Part shown: positions 1 to 9,603 of the stretch, in pieces
Position numbering within the stretch: the stretch's first letter is position 1
Layout: every line of letters starts with the position of its first letter
NCBI GenBank assembly: GCA_041619555.1
Contig: JBFKDQ010000005.1
Coordinates: 31,004-95,003, forward strand
Direction of reading: 5' to 3'
Length of the DNA: 64,000 nt
Source of the DNA: Oceanococcus sp.
GTDB taxonomy: Bacteria > Pseudomonadota > Gammaproteobacteria > Nevskiales > Oceanococcaceae
Made by a program: the position numbers and the translations under genes
The notes under the pieces: model-generated
What the model saw: the letters and a program-made list of their open reading frames with translations, nothing else
Database searches by the model: none
What the model was told of the DNA's origin: nothing

Positions 1-1668
1 CGCCAGAAAACGGATCTGAAAGGCTATGTGTCCGGCAGCCTGGTGTTCGGTCTGCCGGTGGTGGTGTTCAGCCTGCACGCCACGCTAGTGGCCGAGCTTC
101 CGTATGCGCTGGCCTGGAGCGCCTTAGGCCTGGGCGCCTTCTACTTGCTGCTGGCTTACGTCCTGATCCGTAGCCGGCGTGAGCATTGCGCACTGCTGGC
201 CGAGGCCTTCGCCGCTCTCGGCATGATTTTCGCCAGCCTGGCCATTCCGCTGGCCTTTGACCGGCAGACCACCGCGGCGATGTGGGCCATCGAGGGCGCC
301 GGCCTGCTATGGCTCGGCCTGCGCCAGGCGCGGGCACTGACACGGGCCTTCGGCGCGCTGCTGCAACTTGCCGGAGGGCTGGGTTACCTTGCCGGTCTGG
401 CCCGCCTGTCCACCGATCTTGTCGTGTTCAACAGCGCCTGGATCGGCAGCACGATGCTCGCGATCGGGGGGCTCTGCAGCGGCCTCTGGCTGCATCGGCA
501 TCAAGAGGCCCTGAAGAGCTATGAAAAACCCGTTGCGGGGCTGGCCGGGCTCTGGGGGATCGCTTGGTGGCTGGGTGGCGGTCTGGCTGAAATCCAGCGC
601 AGTCTCGACGCCCCTGCCGACATCACCGCGGCTCTTCTGCTGGGAAGTCTGAGCACCATGACCCTGTTCTTTGCCGGCCGGCGTCTGGCCTGGCCACTGC
701 TGAGCCAGACCAGCGCCCTGCTCTGGCCGGCAGTCAGTATCGGCGGCCTGCTCGCAAGCGAACAGCTCGGTCATCCTCTGGCCGGCTGGGCGGTCGCGGC
801 CTGGGTGCTGCAGCTGGGCGTGCTCTATCTCTTGCTCTGGCACATCGACGCCAGCTCGGATGAGATCCTGCGCCGTGCCCGACCCTGGCTGCATGCCGGT
901 GGCGCCTGGCTCTGGGTGTTGCTGATCGCCTGGGAAGCCGACTGGCGGCTCGTCCATACGCTCAGCGGCGTCTGGCATGAACTGGCTTTCGGGCTGTGTT
1001 GCGCCGCGTTGCTCTGGCTGTTGACACGGGCCTCGCCTGCATGGCCGGTGCGCCGCCATCTCGAAACCTATCTCGGCTTGGCGGCCGCACCGGTCGCCGT
1101 CCTGGCCTGGGTCTGGATCCTGCGGATGAATCTCGGTCAGTCCGGCGCTTCCGGGCTGCCCTACCTGCCTTTGCTCAATCCCTTGGATGTGGCCGTCGCC
1201 GTGGTGTTTCTGGCGGTGGCCAACTGGTGGCTGACGCTCGGGCCACAGATGCGCGGCCGGCTATGGCGATGGCAGGCACCCAGCCTGCAGGTGCTGGTCG
1301 GCCTGTGGCTGTTCATCTGGCTGAACTCTGCCCTCATTCGGTACCTCCACCATGGCTTCGGCACGCCGCTGGATTTTCACGGCATGCGTCAGTCGTTCAT
1401 GCTGCAGGCCTCGCTGTCGGTGTTCTGGAGCCTGCTGGGACTTGCCGCGATGAGCTTCGCCACCCGCACCGGCCGGCGCAAATTGTGGCTGAGCGGCGCC
1501 GGCCTGATGGCTGTGGTGGTGCTCAAACTCTTCCTCATCGACCTGTCCGGCCATGGTGGCCTTGCACGCATCGTCTCCTTCCTGTCCGTCGGCGCCCTGC
1601 TGTTACTCGCCGGCTATCTATCGCCGCTGCCTCCTAGCCGACCAGCGCCTCAGGAACATCCAGAATGA
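1..1668 (+). CDS. DUF2339-family predicted multi-pass membrane protein (5'-partial; frame is open from base 1)
   Basis: Frame 1 is open from the edge (RQKTDLKGYVSGSLVFGLP...). Many Trp/Leu/Ala-rich TM helices; the C-terminal LFLIDLSGHGGLARIVSFLSVGALLLLAGYLSPLPP is typical of DUF2339. Overlaps the next gene (ATGA). Confidence 0.8.
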   Translation, partial: RQKTDLKGYVSGSLVFGLPVVVFSLHATLVAELPYALAWSALGLGAFYLLLAYVLIRSRREHCALLAEAFAALGMIFASLAIPLAFDRQTTAAMWAIEGAGLLWLGLRQARALTRAFGALLQLAGGLGYLAGLARLSTDLVVFNSAWIGSTMLAIGGLCSGLWLHRHQEALKSYEKPVAGLAGLWGIAWWLGGGLAEIQRSLDAPADITAALLLGSLSTMTLFFAGRRLAWPLLSQTSALLWPAVSIGGLLASEQLGHPLAGWAVAAWVLQLGVLYLLLWHIDASSDEILRRARPWLHAGGAWLWVLLIAWEADWRLVHTLSGVWHELAFGLCCAALLWLLTRASPAWPVRRHLETYLGLAAAPVAVLAWVWILRMNLGQSGASGLPYLPLLNPLDVAVAVVFLAVANWWLTLGPQMRGRLWRWQAPSLQVLVGLWLFIWLNSALIRYLHHGFGTPLDFHGMRQSFMLQASLSVFWSLLGLAAMSFATRTGRRKLWLSGAGLMAVVVLKLFLIDLSGHGGLARIVSFLSVGALLLLAGYLSPLPPSRPAPQEHPE

Positions 1669-3032
1669 AAACACTCGCAACACTGATGCTTGTTTCGATC
1701 TGGCCCCTTGCCCTGTCCGCCAATCCGCCCATACCGCACCTGAACGATTACGTCGAAGGCCTGGCATTGCAGATCGATGACCTGCGCCCGATTCAGTCCT
1801 TGCCGCTGCCGGACCGCGTCTATGCCGGCGTGATGCGCAGCGATCTGGGTGATCTGCGCGTTTTTAATCGCCAGGGCCTGAGCGTTCCTCATGCCCTCTG
1901 CCCCGGACCGACGCATGAGGTTCGTGCCGAAGGTCGTAGCCAGCTGCCTTTATTTCGGCTGCCCACCGCCGTGCCATCGCCCGACGCCACGGTGGAATTG
2001 AAAACAGCGGCGGGAACCCATCTGCGGGTTCTGGAGCCTGCCGGCGCTTCGCCCGGCGCTGCTGCCGATGACTGGATTATTGACGCCGGCGGCTTGCCCG
2101 CGGCCATCAATGTCCTGGAACTTGACTGGCAGAGCGCGGCGACAAACTCGGAAGCGACGCTGAGAATCAGGACCAGCGACAACCTGGATCATTGGCGCGA
2201 TCTGGTCGCCGCCACGACGATATTGCGCAGCCGCGGCACCGATGGACTGCTGGAACGCTCCCGGCTGCCCCTGCCGGCCAGCCACAATCGCTACCTCCGC
2301 ATCGAGGTGCTGGACCGCACGGCGACTTTCGCCCTCAATGCGGTTCATGCGCACTGGCTCGGTGCGACCGCGGAACCGGCACTTCAGCACCTGATTGCCC
2401 GACCCTTGCCGCAGACCGAAAGCCGGATGTTCGACTTCGACACCGGCCGCCAGGCGCCAGTGCAGCGCGCCTGGCCACGTCTGCCGATGACCAACATGCT
2501 GTTGCGCGTCGCGCTGGATTCCCGCAGCACCCGGCAGGCAGCCTGGCAAAACCGCTGGACCGGCGAGGCCTACGAGCTGGCGCTGCCGGATGGCCAGATG
2601 CACTCAAGCCAGGCCACTTTCTCCCCGGTCACCGATCGCTGGTGGCGAATCCGGATCTTGAGTGGCGGTGAAAGCCTGGGCCGCCTCGCACCGCAACTGG
2701 AACTGGCCTATCAGCCCGCGACTCTGCGCTTTCTTGCCCAGGGAGAAGGTCCCTTCATTCTCGCTTACGGCAGCGCCCGCGCGGCCGTCACCCCTGCGCT
2801 GCGCTGCTCCGCGCTTCTGGCCAGCGCCCAGATCAAGGCCGATTCCGATCTGATCGGCAGCGCCCGGCTGCTTTCGGCCGAAGTCACCACGCTGGGCGGC
2901 GCCGCAGCCCGGCGGGCGCCCCCTCAACCCTGGCCGTGGAGACTCATCCTGCTCTGGTCCGTGTTGATCGGCGGCTGCGCCCTGGTGCTGGCCATGGCCT
3001 GGAAGTTGCTGGGCGCGTTACGGCCAGACTGA
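1665..3032 (+). CDS. DUF3999-family protein (signal peptide, C-terminal TM anchor)
   Basis: N-terminal signal peptide, SDLGDLRVFN motif, LRFLAQGEGPFILAYGS motif, C-terminal LILLWSVLIGGCALVLAMAWKL helix. This is the usual partner of DUF2339. Confidence 0.75.
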   Translation: MKTLATLMLVSIWPLALSANPPIPHLNDYVEGLALQIDDLRPIQSLPLPDRVYAGVMRSDLGDLRVFNRQGLSVPHALCPGPTHEVRAEGRSQLPLFRLPTAVPSPDATVELKTAAGTHLRVLEPAGASPGAAADDWIIDAGGLPAAINVLELDWQSAATNSEATLRIRTSDNLDHWRDLVAATTILRSRGTDGLLERSRLPLPASHNRYLRIEVLDRTATFALNAVHAHWLGATAEPALQHLIARPLPQTESRMFDFDTGRQAPVQRAWPRLPMTNMLLRVALDSRSTRQAAWQNRWTGEAYELALPDGQMHSSQATFSPVTDRWWRIRILSGGESLGRLAPQLELAYQPATLRFLAQGEGPFILAYGSARAAVTPALRCSALLASAQIKADSDLIGSARLLSAEVTTLGGAAARRAPPQPWPWRLILLWSVLIGGCALVLAMAWKLLGALRPD

Positions 3033-3239
3033 CAGGGGACGCAGCCAAGCCGGAAGGGTCCAGCCATCACTGCGATGGTGAGCCATGGGGCAGACGCGAA
3101 AGCCGCAATGGTCCGTTCAGGGGCATGATTGCCCTTGTTCGCCAATGCGCGCAGACTCATCACACGCCAACGAGAAAGAATTTTTTAGGCCCGCTACCTG
3201 ACCGGGGCCTGGACTTATTGCATGAAGGAGAAAGATAAG

Positions 3240-4376
3240 ATGGATCGATTAAAACTCTGCTGTTCCGCTGTTGTGCTCGCTGCCACGCTGGGGGGATGCG
3301 CATCGCACCAGGGACGCGGCATGGGTATGGGCATGGGCGGCGGCGACCGCACGGCACAGCTCGAAGCGGAGCTGTCCGCCGCCCAGGCCGAACGCGCCCG
3401 ACTGGCGCAGGAAAACGAAGCGCTCACCGCGCGGATGCTGGCAAGCCCGGGCGCGCCCGCCGACCAGTACGCGGCGACATCAGCCAACATGTCTTTGCTC
3501 CCTCCCAAGGCCAAGCCGGGCGAGTGTTATTCCCGCGTCACGATTCCCGCACAGTACGCCACCAAGACCGAGCAGGTGCTGAAATCAGGCGCCTCTGAGC
3601 GCGTCGAAATCATTCCGGCCAAATACGGCTGGGTCGAAGAAACCGTGATGGTGACGCCGGCAACGGAAAAGGTCATCGAGGTGATTCCGGCAAGCTACCG
3701 TACGGTGGAAGAACGCGTCATGGTCAAGCCGCCGAGCGAAACCATCGTCGCGGTCCCGGCCACCTATCGCACCGAAACCGAGCAGCAACTGGTCTCTGCG
3801 GCAACCACCATGTGGAAAGCTGGCGTCAGCGAGCCCGGCGCGCCGACCAAGATGTCAGAGAGCGGTGAGATCATGTGCCTGGTCGAAGTCCCGGCAGTCT
3901 ATCGCACGGTGACCCGCAAGGTGGTGGATACGCCGGCCACCACCAAGACCGTGACCATTCCTGCCGAGTACACCACGGTGAAACGCAAGGAACTGGTGAA
4001 GGAAGCCAGCGTGCGCAAGGAAGTGATTCCCGCGGTCTACAAGACCGTCAAGGTGCAGAAACTGCTGAGCCCGGCGCAAACCCGGCGGATCCCGATCGAA
4101 GCCGAATATCAAACCGTCACACGACAGGAAAAAGTCTCGGATGCCAAGGTTGAATGGAGCCGCGTGGTCTGCAAGGCGAATTCTGACACCCAGTTGATCC
4201 GTTCAGTCCAGCAGGCGCTGCAAAAGGCGGGGCATCATCCCGGCCCCATTGATGGTCGCCTCGGCGCGCAAACGCTTTCAGCCGTGCGCAGCTTCGAGCA
4301 CAGCAACGGGCTGGCCATCGGCAGCAGCGGCGCGATTCCCTATACGACTCTCGAAGCGCTGGGACTCGGCGTCTAG
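3240..4376 (+). CDS. Lipoprotein with coiled coil, about eight 23-aa PAxYxTV repeats and a C-terminal peptidoglycan-binding (PG_binding_1-like) domain
   Basis: AAGGAG RBS before ATG 3240; lipobox LGGC; C-terminal IRSVQQALQKAGHHPGPIDGRLGAQTLSAVRSFE is PG-binding-like. Confidence 0.75.
   Translation: MDRLKLCCSAVVLAATLGGCASHQGRGMGMGMGGGDRTAQLEAELSAAQAERARLAQENEALTARMLASPGAPADQYAATSANMSLLPPKAKPGECYSRVTIPAQYATKTEQVLKSGASERVEIIPAKYGWVEETVMVTPATEKVIEVIPASYRTVEERVMVKPPSETIVAVPATYRTETEQQLVSAATTMWKAGVSEPGAPTKMSESGEIMCLVEVPAVYRTVTRKVVDTPATTKTVTIPAEYTTVKRKELVKEASVRKEVIPAVYKTVKVQKLLSPAQTRRIPIEAEYQTVTRQEKVSDAKVEWSRVVCKANSDTQLIRSVQQALQKAGHHPGPIDGRLGAQTLSAVRSFEHSNGLAIGSSGAIPYTTLEALGLGV
3546..4139 (+). repeat. 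Intragenic ~23-aa degenerate repeats (PA-x-Y-x-T-V...)
   Basis: PAQYATK, PAKYGWV, PASYRTV, PATYRTE, PAVYRTV, PAEYTTV, PAVYKTV and EAEYQTV are visible in the translation. Confidence 0.85.
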
Positions 4377-4397
4377 CCACCGCATTCAGTGACACGC

Positions 4398-4426
4398 AAA
4401 GGCGGCCACCATCGGCCGCCTTTTTT
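4398..4426 (+). terminator. Rho-independent terminator
   Basis: AAAGGCGGCC-ACCATC-GGCCGCCTTTTTT, about 20 bp after the stop at 4376. Confidence 0.85.
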
Positions 4427-4475
4427 CATGCAAGCAATCCGTCCACGCCACGCCCCGACTGCCCCCCGAGCCACA

Positions 4476-4506
4476 TTGTTAACAAGCGGTAACTAGCGGT
4501 AACATA
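4476..4506. promoter_or_regulatory. Candidate operator upstream of TetR gene
   Basis: Perfect palindrome TTGTTAACAA (4476-4485) followed by the direct repeat AGCGGTAAC at 4485-4493 and 4495-4503; AT-rich relative to the surroundings. Confidence 0.5.
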
Positions 4507-4511
4507 GGACC

Positions 4512-5132
4512 ATGAGTGGGCCGAAGAAAAACAAGGAACTGACCAAGGATCGAATTCTGCGCACGGTTGAACGACTGCTCGTCGATGAAGGCTTCTCCGC
4601 CCTCGGAATCAACCGGATTGCAAATGAAGCGGGCGTCGCCAAGGTCCTGATCTATCGTTATTTCGGCGATCTGGAAGGGCTGCTGGATCACTTCGTGAAA
4701 AGTGCGGATTTCTGGCCGACCCGGGAAGAGATCATTGATCTACCGCTGGACGAGTTCTTTGCCCTGGATCTGCGTGAACGCATCAGACGGGTCATGTTGA
4801 ATTTCATCGGATCCCTGGGGCAGCGTCCGCAAACCATGGCGATTCTGGCCTGGGAAATGTCCGGCAACCCCAGTCTGACGCGCGTGATGGAAGATGCCCT
4901 CGGGCAGTTTTCCGACCAGATCACCGAAACCCTGTCGCATGACGAAAAAACCATTCATCCCCAGTTGCGCGGCATGCTCTCGGTTCTCAGCGCCGGCATG
5001 GTGCACCTGGGCCTGGCCTATCAACATCACCAGCGATTCGCGTCCTTGCGACTGGAAAACGCGGATGACTGGAAACGCGTCGTCAAGGCGCTCAATACGA
5101 TGATCGATCACATCCCCTTGCGTGCTGCATGA
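4512..5132 (+). CDS. TetR/AcrR family transcriptional regulator
   Basis: HTH motif GFSALGINRIANEAGVAKVLIYRYFG. Confidence 0.9.
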   Translation: MSGPKKNKELTKDRILRTVERLLVDEGFSALGINRIANEAGVAKVLIYRYFGDLEGLLDHFVKSADFWPTREEIIDLPLDEFFALDLRERIRRVMLNFIGSLGQRPQTMAILAWEMSGNPSLTRVMEDALGQFSDQITETLSHDEKTIHPQLRGMLSVLSAGMVHLGLAYQHHQRFASLRLENADDWKRVVKALNTMIDHIPLRAA

Positions 5133-6202
5133 AATCTTCCCTGGTACTGCGTGCCGGCCCCGGCGCACGCGAACTGATTGAAACCGATGGCCTGCGCAGC
5201 CAGGACGTCAAGGTCATGCCCGGCGCCGCAGGCGGGCCCAAATGGCTGGCTCTGGCCGGGCTGGACCGCTTCCTGTTCGGTCATTGGTTCGCCGGGCGTA
5301 CAGACCCGCTCCACACCATCGGTTCCTCGATTGCGACTTGGCGTTTCACTGCCGCGGCGCAGCACGACCCGGTCGCCGCGATCAACCGCTTCGAGGAAGC
5401 GTATCTGTGCCAGCCCTACAGCCCGAAGCCCGATGCGGCCGAAATCAGTCGGGCCTGCGTATCGCTACTTGATACCCTGCTGCCCGCCGGCCACGAGCAG
5501 CAGGTGCTGGAGCACGCTTTTCTGCGCCCTCACATCATCACCGCGCTGTGTACCGGCGCGGCGGCGAGCGAGAGCCCGCGACAACTCAAGGCCGCGCTGG
5601 CGCGGATCGCGCTGAGCAACGTCCGTGCCCGCCACGGGCTCGCCCAGCACGTGCAACGGGTGATCTTCCATACCCAGCGGGATCACGCTCCGTTCCTGCC
5701 GTTTCGCGACAGTTTCACCACCCACGAAGTCGGCCTGCAGCAGGCCAATCTGCGCCCGGCCCTGATGGCCAGCGCATCCATTCCCCTGGTGATGGAAGGG
5801 GTGCGCGACATTCCCGGCGCGCCGGCCGGCATGCACCGGGATGGCGGCCTGATCGACTATCACATGGACCTGAATTTCCGCGTCGACCAGGGTCTCGTGC
5901 TGTTCCCCCACTTCAGCACCCGCATCGTGCCCGGCTGGCTGGACAAGTTCCTGCCCTGGCGCAAACCGCAAACCCACCATCTGGATCGCGTCCTTCTCAT
6001 CGCCCCCTCGGATGAACTGCTGGCGCGTCTGCCCGACGGTAAAATTCCCGACCGCAGGGATTTCGCACGCTGCAATGGCGATCTCGATGCGCTGTATCGC
6101 CACTGGCGCCGGGCCACCCTCGAGTGCCGTCGCATGGCGGACGAACTCGAAGACTTGCTGGCCCGGGACCAGATCGCCTCCCGTCTCGAAGCCTTCCCCT
6201 GA
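5129..6202 (+). CDS. Patatin-like phospholipase/esterase family protein
   Basis: Gly-rich GAAGGPKW, nucleophile elbow GSSIA, ASASIP and catalytic DGG motif; ATGA overlap with the TetR gene. Confidence 0.7.
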   Translation: MKSSLVLRAGPGARELIETDGLRSQDVKVMPGAAGGPKWLALAGLDRFLFGHWFAGRTDPLHTIGSSIATWRFTAAAQHDPVAAINRFEEAYLCQPYSPKPDAAEISRACVSLLDTLLPAGHEQQVLEHAFLRPHIITALCTGAAASESPRQLKAALARIALSNVRARHGLAQHVQRVIFHTQRDHAPFLPFRDSFTTHEVGLQQANLRPALMASASIPLVMEGVRDIPGAPAGMHRDGGLIDYHMDLNFRVDQGLVLFPHFSTRIVPGWLDKFLPWRKPQTHHLDRVLLIAPSDELLARLPDGKIPDRRDFARCNGDLDALYRHWRRATLECRRMADELEDLLARDQIASRLEAFP

Positions 6203-6217
6203 AGATCGCCGGCCGGC

Positions 6218-7126
6218 TCAGGATCGCGCCGAACTGACCAGCTTGGCGAACTTGGCGGGCTGCTCCATGCCCGAGCGCAGCGCCTGCGCGCCGGCTTCAT
6301 CGCTGATCGCGTCCGCCCAGTTCTCCGCCACCAGTTCCGGCGTAACCTCGCCGCCCAGGAAGATCCCCTGGGTTTCGACCATCCGCGCACGGGCAAAACA
6401 GCCGGCCCCAGCGCACAGGATTTCGCCATTGGGCGCCTGCTCACTGCTGAGAAAAAGCACGCCTGGGGTGACCTGCTCCGGCCCCATCAGTTCCAGCATG
6501 TCGGCGGGGAAAAGTTCCTCGGTCATCCGCGTCGCCGCGGTGGGCGCCAGCGCATTGACCCGCACATTGTACTTTTCACCCTCGAGTTTCAGCGTGTTCA
6601 TGAGTCCGACCACGGCCATTTTCGCGGCGCCGTAGTTGCTCTGGCCGAAATTGCCGTACAGGCCGGAACTGGAACTGGTCATTACGATGCGCCCGTACTG
6701 CTGCTTCCGCATCAGATCCCAGACCGCCTTGGTGCAATTCACCGATCCCATCAGATGAACATCCATGACGAACGCAAAGTCCTCCAGCGTCACCTTGGCG
6801 AAGGTCTTGTCGCGCAGGATGCCGGCGTTGTTGATCAGGATATCCACCCGTCCCCAGGCTTGTTCCGCCTCGGCGACCATGGCCTGGACCTGATCGAACC
6901 GGGTCACGTCGGCACCGTTGGCAATCGCCTCCCCCCCCGCTGCCCGGATGCTTTCCACCACGGCCTGCGCCGCCGCAGAGGAAGCCCCGGTACCATCGCG
7001 CGCCCCACCCAGATCATTCACCACAACCCGTGCGCCACGCGCCGCCAGTGCCAGGGCATGCGAACGCCCCAGTCCGTTCCCTGCACCGGTCACGATCGCT
7101 ACCTGTCCGTCGAATCGAATACTCAT
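6218..7126 (-). CDS. Short-chain dehydrogenase/reductase (3-hydroxyacyl-CoA dehydrogenase/MFE-2-like SDR)
   Basis: TGAGNGLG, NNAG and YGAAK motifs; VVVNDLGG is typical of MFE-2-type SDRs. Start moved to MSIRFDGQ, which has an RBS. Confidence 0.88.
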   Translation of the reverse strand: MSIRFDGQVAIVTGAGNGLGRSHALALAARGARVVVNDLGGARDGTGASSAAAQAVVESIRAAGGEAIANGADVTRFDQVQAMVAEAEQAWGRVDILINNAGILRDKTFAKVTLEDFAFVMDVHLMGSVNCTKAVWDLMRKQQYGRIVMTSSSSGLYGNFGQSNYGAAKMAVVGLMNTLKLEGEKYNVRVNALAPTAATRMTEELFPADMLELMGPEQVTPGVLFLSSEQAPNGEILCAGAGCFARARMVETQGIFLGGEVTPELVAENWADAISDEAGAQALRSGMEQPAKFAKLVSSARS

Positions 7127-7391
7127 TCCTGCTTTCTCCATTTTTGCTTGCATGGGATTGAAAAATTGCGCGTTCGCATTGTCTTCGATCGCTCACGCAA
7201 AAGTCATCCAGGGCTGCGCCGGCATTCCCATTGGTGTGGTCTGGTCAAGCGACTCAACTTGTCAGAGCTCAGGCGCTGAGCGACCATGGCCCAACGCTGC
7301 CCCCGTCGCCGCGGCTTGCTGACCCACCCGCCACGGATCCCACAGGGGCCGCGAGCTTGCAGATTTCGACCCATTTACGGAGTGCCTCGGC

Positions 7392-8414
7392 ATGCTCTTA
7401 CGCGCCCAGTCCACCTGGCTTCTCGCCCTGCTGGCCGGCCTGCCCCTTCTGCAGGCCTGCCCCGGCCAGCAAGCCCCGCCGGAGGATCCAGGGGAGGAAT
7501 ACGCTCTGTGTGTCAGCAGCGACTGTGGCGAGGTCACCGTTCTGCTGCCCATACCGGACGCAGAGAATATTCATTTCACCCCGCAGGGACGGCTATTCGT
7601 CACCGGTGGCAGTCAGATTTACGAGGTGAGCACAGACAATGACGGCACGTTCAGCGCAACCGCCCTGAGCGACGAAAATTGCAGCTACACCGGCATGGCG
7701 CAGAAAGGCGACATCCTGTATGCCGCCTGTGGCGATGGCCGCCTGTTTGCCGGGCTGATCAATTCCGCGCCGCAACTGCAGCCCATCTTTCAGATGGAAA
7801 ACATGTGTATTGCCAACGGCATGGCACTGGGTCCTGACGGCCATCTGTATGTGGTCGACGAACCCCTGAACCCCGCCTGCCTGCCGCCCGAACCCAAGAT
7901 CGTTCGTCTGCAACTGGATCCTGCCGATGCACTTCATGTCATCCAGCAGGAGATCTGGCTGGCCGGTGATGCCTTCGGCACCCTGCCCTTCGGGGCTGGC
8001 ACGCAAAGTCGATTTCCCAATGGCCTAGCGGTTCGCGACACACGCTTTTACAGCACGGATGGCGGCAGCATTTTTTACGTCGATCTGCTGCCGGATGGCA
8101 GCGCCGGACCGGTGACGCCGATCTTCTTCGAGGCCACCGCGCACGACGATCTGAGCATCGCCGGCGACAGCCTGCTTGTCACCGATTTCTTTCAGGGCCG
8201 CATCCTGCAACTGAGCCTGGAAGGCGAACTGCTGCAGGCCACCGATCCCGGGAGCTTCGACTCGCCCTCCGCGGTACAACAGGCGCAGCCTCCGATGTTC
8301 CGGGCCGATGACATTCTGGTGACGGAAAAGGGTCTGCTGCTGGAACAGAACCTGCCCATCGACGTGCTGAGCCTGTTCCGGCGCAGGTCTGCGGCCGAAG
8401 CCGCGCCACCTTAG
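7392..8414 (+). CDS. Putative lipoprotein, SMP-30/strictosidine-synthase-like beta-propeller
   Basis: Signal peptide ending LQAC; blade-like motifs ENIHFTPQGRLFV, ANGMALGPDGHLYV, FPNGLAV, DDLSIAGDSLLVTDF. Confidence 0.6.
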   Translation: MLLRAQSTWLLALLAGLPLLQACPGQQAPPEDPGEEYALCVSSDCGEVTVLLPIPDAENIHFTPQGRLFVTGGSQIYEVSTDNDGTFSATALSDENCSYTGMAQKGDILYAACGDGRLFAGLINSAPQLQPIFQMENMCIANGMALGPDGHLYVVDEPLNPACLPPEPKIVRLQLDPADALHVIQQEIWLAGDAFGTLPFGAGTQSRFPNGLAVRDTRFYSTDGGSIFYVDLLPDGSAGPVTPIFFEATAHDDLSIAGDSLLVTDFFQGRILQLSLEGELLQATDPGSFDSPSAVQQAQPPMFRADDILVTEKGLLLEQNLPIDVLSLFRRRSAAEAAPP

Positions 8415-8580
8415 ATCCAAGCGCAGCCCGGATGCCCACCCGGTGACAGTTGGCGGCTTGGCTCGCTACCATTCAGCCAGGGCATCAGCAGATCGGCCCG
8501 CCGACGCGTTTCGAAGCGGATCGGAATCCGTCCGGCGGCGATGACGAAAACATGACAGGCCAGGCCACAGGATTCCGTGC

Positions 8581-9588
8581 ATGACAAGCTCCGAAGCACG
8601 CCGCGTACCCCCGCCGGCGGATCATCTCTCACCGCTAGACGCCAGCCTTGCCGGCCCCCACCCGCACTGGCAACCGATGGGCAAGGACCACGGCCCACAT
8701 GAGCACGTGGCCGCGATCGACGATCTGCAACTCGTCTATACCCGTGAGGGTCGACCGCAAGATCCCGCCGTGGTGCTGATCATGGGCCTGGGCGGCCAGT
8801 TGCTCAGCTGGCCGGAAGACTTCTGTCGCGGACTGCTTGAGGCGGGATACCAGGTCATCCGCTTCGACAACCGGGATGCGGGTCGCTCGACCAAATTCGA
8901 CACCCACGGCGAACCCCCTTTGCTGCGTCTGGCCGGCGCCAGCGCGCTGGGGCGGCCCTTGCAGGTGCCCTACCAGCTGACGGACATGGCCCTGGACGTC
9001 CTCGGGCTACTGGATGCCCTGCAGATTGAAAGCGCGCATATCGTCGGCATTTCCATGGGCGGCATGATTGCTCAGATCCTCGCCGCCGAAGCGCCGGCCA
9101 GAGTGCTCAGTCTGACCAGCATGATGTCCACCAGCGGCCATCCCGAACTGCCGGGCCCCAAGCTGCACCTGCGCCTGCGCATGCTGCGGCGACGTTCGCC
9201 CCATCCGGACCAGGCCTTGCGGGATTCCATCCGCAGCCTGCAGCTGATGGGCAGTCCGGCCTATCCGCGCTCACAGGAGGAACTGGCCCGCATCCTGCGG
9301 CCGCAAATCCAGCGCGGATTCCACCCGGCGGGCATCAAGCGCCAGCTCGCCGCCATCCTGGCCAGCGGCAGCCGGACCGGACTCCTGCCCGCCATCCAGA
9401 TTCCTGCCCTGATCATGCACGGCGATGCCGACCCCTTGATTCCGGTCGCCGCCGCCCATGATCTGGCGGATCGAATTCCCGGCGCGCGCCTGGATATCAT
9501 CGAAGGCCTGGGACACGATCTGCCGACCCTGGCCCTGCCTCGCATTCTCGACACCCTGCTGCAGCATCTCCACCAGGCCGACACCTGA
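8581..9588 (+). CDS. Alpha/beta fold hydrolase (esterase/lipase); start uncertain (8581 or 8677)
   Basis: LIMGLGGQ, RFDNRDAGRS, nucleophile GISMGG, HGDADPLI and GLGHDL triad motifs. Confidence 0.88.
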   Translation: MTSSEARRVPPPADHLSPLDASLAGPHPHWQPMGKDHGPHEHVAAIDDLQLVYTREGRPQDPAVVLIMGLGGQLLSWPEDFCRGLLEAGYQVIRFDNRDAGRSTKFDTHGEPPLLRLAGASALGRPLQVPYQLTDMALDVLGLLDALQIESAHIVGISMGGMIAQILAAEAPARVLSLTSMMSTSGHPELPGPKLHLRLRMLRRRSPHPDQALRDSIRSLQLMGSPAYPRSQEELARILRPQIQRGFHPAGIKRQLAAILASGSRTGLLPAIQIPALIMHGDADPLIPVAAAHDLADRIPGARLDIIEGLGHDLPTLALPRILDTLLQHLHQADT

Positions 9589-9603
9589 ACGGCAGGCGGC
9601 GAT

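Noticed and set aside
3060-3120. GGGCAGACGCGAAAGCC upstream of the repeat lipoprotein, reminiscent of a c-di-GMP-I riboswitch
   Set aside because: It lacks the GGCAAACC...GAAA...GGACGCAAAGCC two-stem organisation; only fragments match.
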